From Hyphochytrium catenoides (lineage: Eukaryota; Protista; Hyphochytriomycota): DNA of 64,000 bases. This document shows positions 62,026 through 64,000 of this stretch, in pieces (the stretch's first letter is position 1; each line of letters starts with the position of its first letter). A program made the translations under genes and the position numbers. The notes below the pieces were generated by a model, which saw nothing but the letters and a program-made list of their open reading frames with translations, had not been told where the DNA came from and made no database searches. The stretch covers positions 54,370 through 118,369 of the forward strand of contig FLMG01000683.1 in assembly GCA_900088475.1 (NCBI GenBank). The letters run 5' to 3'.

Positions 62026-64000
62026 TCAATACATCCCCGAGCTTCTTTGTAGGCTAAACTCTGCCTCGCAGGTGACAGAGATTACGAAGCTGCCACGCTT
62101 TCCTGGCTCAAACGTTGCCGGGACAATAGTGAACCAGTCATCACCGTCCCTACGATATGAGGCGGACCGAGAGTGAAGAGACATTGTTAATTCGCATTCG
62201 GCAACTGAAGGACAATGTTGAAGCCACACGGCAGAGCTTGACACCCGGACCACCATATGGTTGTACCTTGTATCCAAATAGAACTCGGGCGGAGTGCTGA
62301 CGCTATGCATAGGCACAAACGATGTCTCATTCCAAGCTCGCCCCTCATGGAAGATGCCGCCCCCTGTCCTGTTCAGCTGCAGACCTCTTATCAAATAGAA
62401 GCCAATCATGCAGCCCACGCTATCTGCCAAGCACTGCTTGGACCACTCGCTTTCAGGACGACTTAGAGTGACCTTTACCCTCACCTTTCGCCTAGCGAAA
62501 ATGCGAAAGGCGAACTGCAAGCAACGAGTGAGACTGAAGAACGGTTTATAGGTAACATTAATGAAGGATGATCTTCAGGGGTAGCACTCGTTGAGCATAG
62601 AGGTAATGAACTTGCTGGGCTGGCCTATGACTAAAGAAGGATGATGACATTTGGGGCAAGAACGGCAATAGCAATACAGTCAGGAGGAGGGAGGATACAG
62701 GATAGACAGAAAACGATTAATTGTCGGCTCCGCATACCCTAGGGTTCTTCCTCCAATCTCCATTTAAATGACAGCCGGCGTCGGTTTTGGCTGTGGCAGA
62801 CCATTCTCCGTCAATAGCCTTGCTCATGGAGGAAGGAATCTCTTTGCATAAAAGCTTGCGGTCGCTTTTGCAATAATTGCGGGTGTGAGAAGAAGTTAGA
62901 GAGTCGATACAAAGGGGCAGCGCCTCTAACTAGGATGATGAGAAGAGGTGGAAGGTGCCGAAACTGACCCAAGCCCAACACATACCTGCAGATAATGAGC
63001 TCGAAGTTTCCTCCAAAAAGGGGCTGGGAGAGGCTTGGGATGACTAGCAGCCCATCGGCCATCCAATCCTCTGACAAGCGCAACAGGGTGATAGATGCGC
63101 CGCCGCTGTCTTTATAGTTGGAGGAGCAGCACCACTCATTCAAAGAAGGTACCAGCTTGCGCTCCGGGAAGGGAATATTGTCCTCTACAAGTTCGGTAGT
63201 TAGAATGGCGGAAAACGGGAACCAGGTTAGTGGCTGGTCAAGAGCATGAAGAGTCGGAAACAAGAGTGGGAAACAGCCAGGTAGAGATTTAGGTGAGCCG
63301 AGCGAGGGTAGACAAGGCCAAGCAATTGCTAGAAGGGCGGCCCAACAGATGAAGATGGGGAAAGAGAACTGCAAATACTTCCTATGTCCATTGATGTCTC
63401 CTTCCTCGACTTTGCTTTCTGACCTGGGTCGACAAGGATACATCGCAGTGTGGACCTTCGTCCAGAACTGTTGTTCTCCGAGGAAGAAGGGTCTGGCTTG
63501 ACTACTGTCAGTCCTAAGAAGGCTATCAGCGGAGGAGATGCGTTAGATGAGGCCCTAGAAAGAATCAAAGAGCTATCAGCAGAGGGATTCCTGGGATATT
63601 AGCTATATATCAAACTCAGAAAGGAAAGGAGGATGGGAAACCAGGACAAGGGAGACAGACGTGCGCCTGAGTTTAGTCCTCCAGGGGTGCCGAGGGCCAA
63701 CTGAAGCTCCTTGGAGGTAGTTGCTCTTCTTAGGACGGAAGGGCTGGAAGTTATCCGGGAGCCTGGAGATGCGCTCGCATCGGGAGACGGAAGCGCCGTC
63801 TCCGCCTTCTTTACTATAATTTTAAGGTTTGTCACCTCGGATTTAGCTAGAGCGGCATCAAACTTCTTGACACCACAGTTCTTCCCTCCCCCTTCCTCAG
63901 TTTCTCCCTTCTGAAGAGAGACACTAGCCGAATGATCCTTCTCGTTATCCTTTGGAGGCAAAGACTTGAAAGTGGCAGCTTTGTCATTGAGGACCACCAG
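62026..64000 (-). CDS. Protein with two calpain domain-III (C2-like) repeats, 5' end outside window
   Basis: GLLVIPSLSQPLFGGNFELII; GEWSATAKTDAGCHLNGDWRKNPR (62740-62810); FTIVPATFEPGKRGSFVISV, matching the calpain III GxW...GC...NP and IxPxTFEP motifs. Confidence 0.75.

Noticed and set aside
1-64000. Non-standard genetic code or stop-codon readthrough
   Set aside because: Conserved genes splice into open frames and use TAA, TAG and TGA as terminal stops; internal stops are confined to decayed elements.
1-64000. tRNA, rRNA, spliced-leader RNA or hammerhead ribozyme genes
   Set aside because: None was recognised by eye, and CTGATGA occurrences lacked the flanking hammerhead helices. A covariance-model scan would be needed to exclude them fully.

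Overview
Intron-rich eukaryotic genomic DNA (standard code, almost all GT-AG introns, CT-microsatellite-rich introns). It comes from a flagellated organism, since it carries the ciliary genes LRRC9 and AHI1. An oomycete-type Cys/His finger gene hints at a stramenopile (inference only). Housekeeping genes in order: LRRC9-like (5'-partial), AHI1/jouberin, an SLC25A38-like carrier, Twinkle primase-helicase, an S28 Pro-X carboxypeptidase (spanning an 81-N gap), DDX24/MAK5, cyclophilin H, a Myb/SANT-like gene, ILVBL, a Cys/His-finger putative transcription factor, an unassigned coiled-coil gene and a 5'-partial gene with two calpain domain-III repeats. The most unusual part is an ~8 kb accessory island (11.3-19.2 kb) between the convergent LRRC9 and AHI1 3' ends. 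It holds four decayed CRE-clade non-LTR retrotransposon copies from two subfamilies, two of them forming a ~0.65 kb inverted repeat. These bracket a decayed coiled-coil + HNH nuclease (Crinkler/toxin-like) gene followed by a Helitron-like hairpin+CTAG end. Orphan gene fragments lie alongside. Other notable signals are a PTS2-like peroxisomal signal on ILVBL, a ~90-nt hairpin in the 3' region of the Cys/His-finger gene, and a ~9 kb gene-poor zone with a chromodomain-like remnant. All exon boundaries and family calls were made by eye, without alignment tools.
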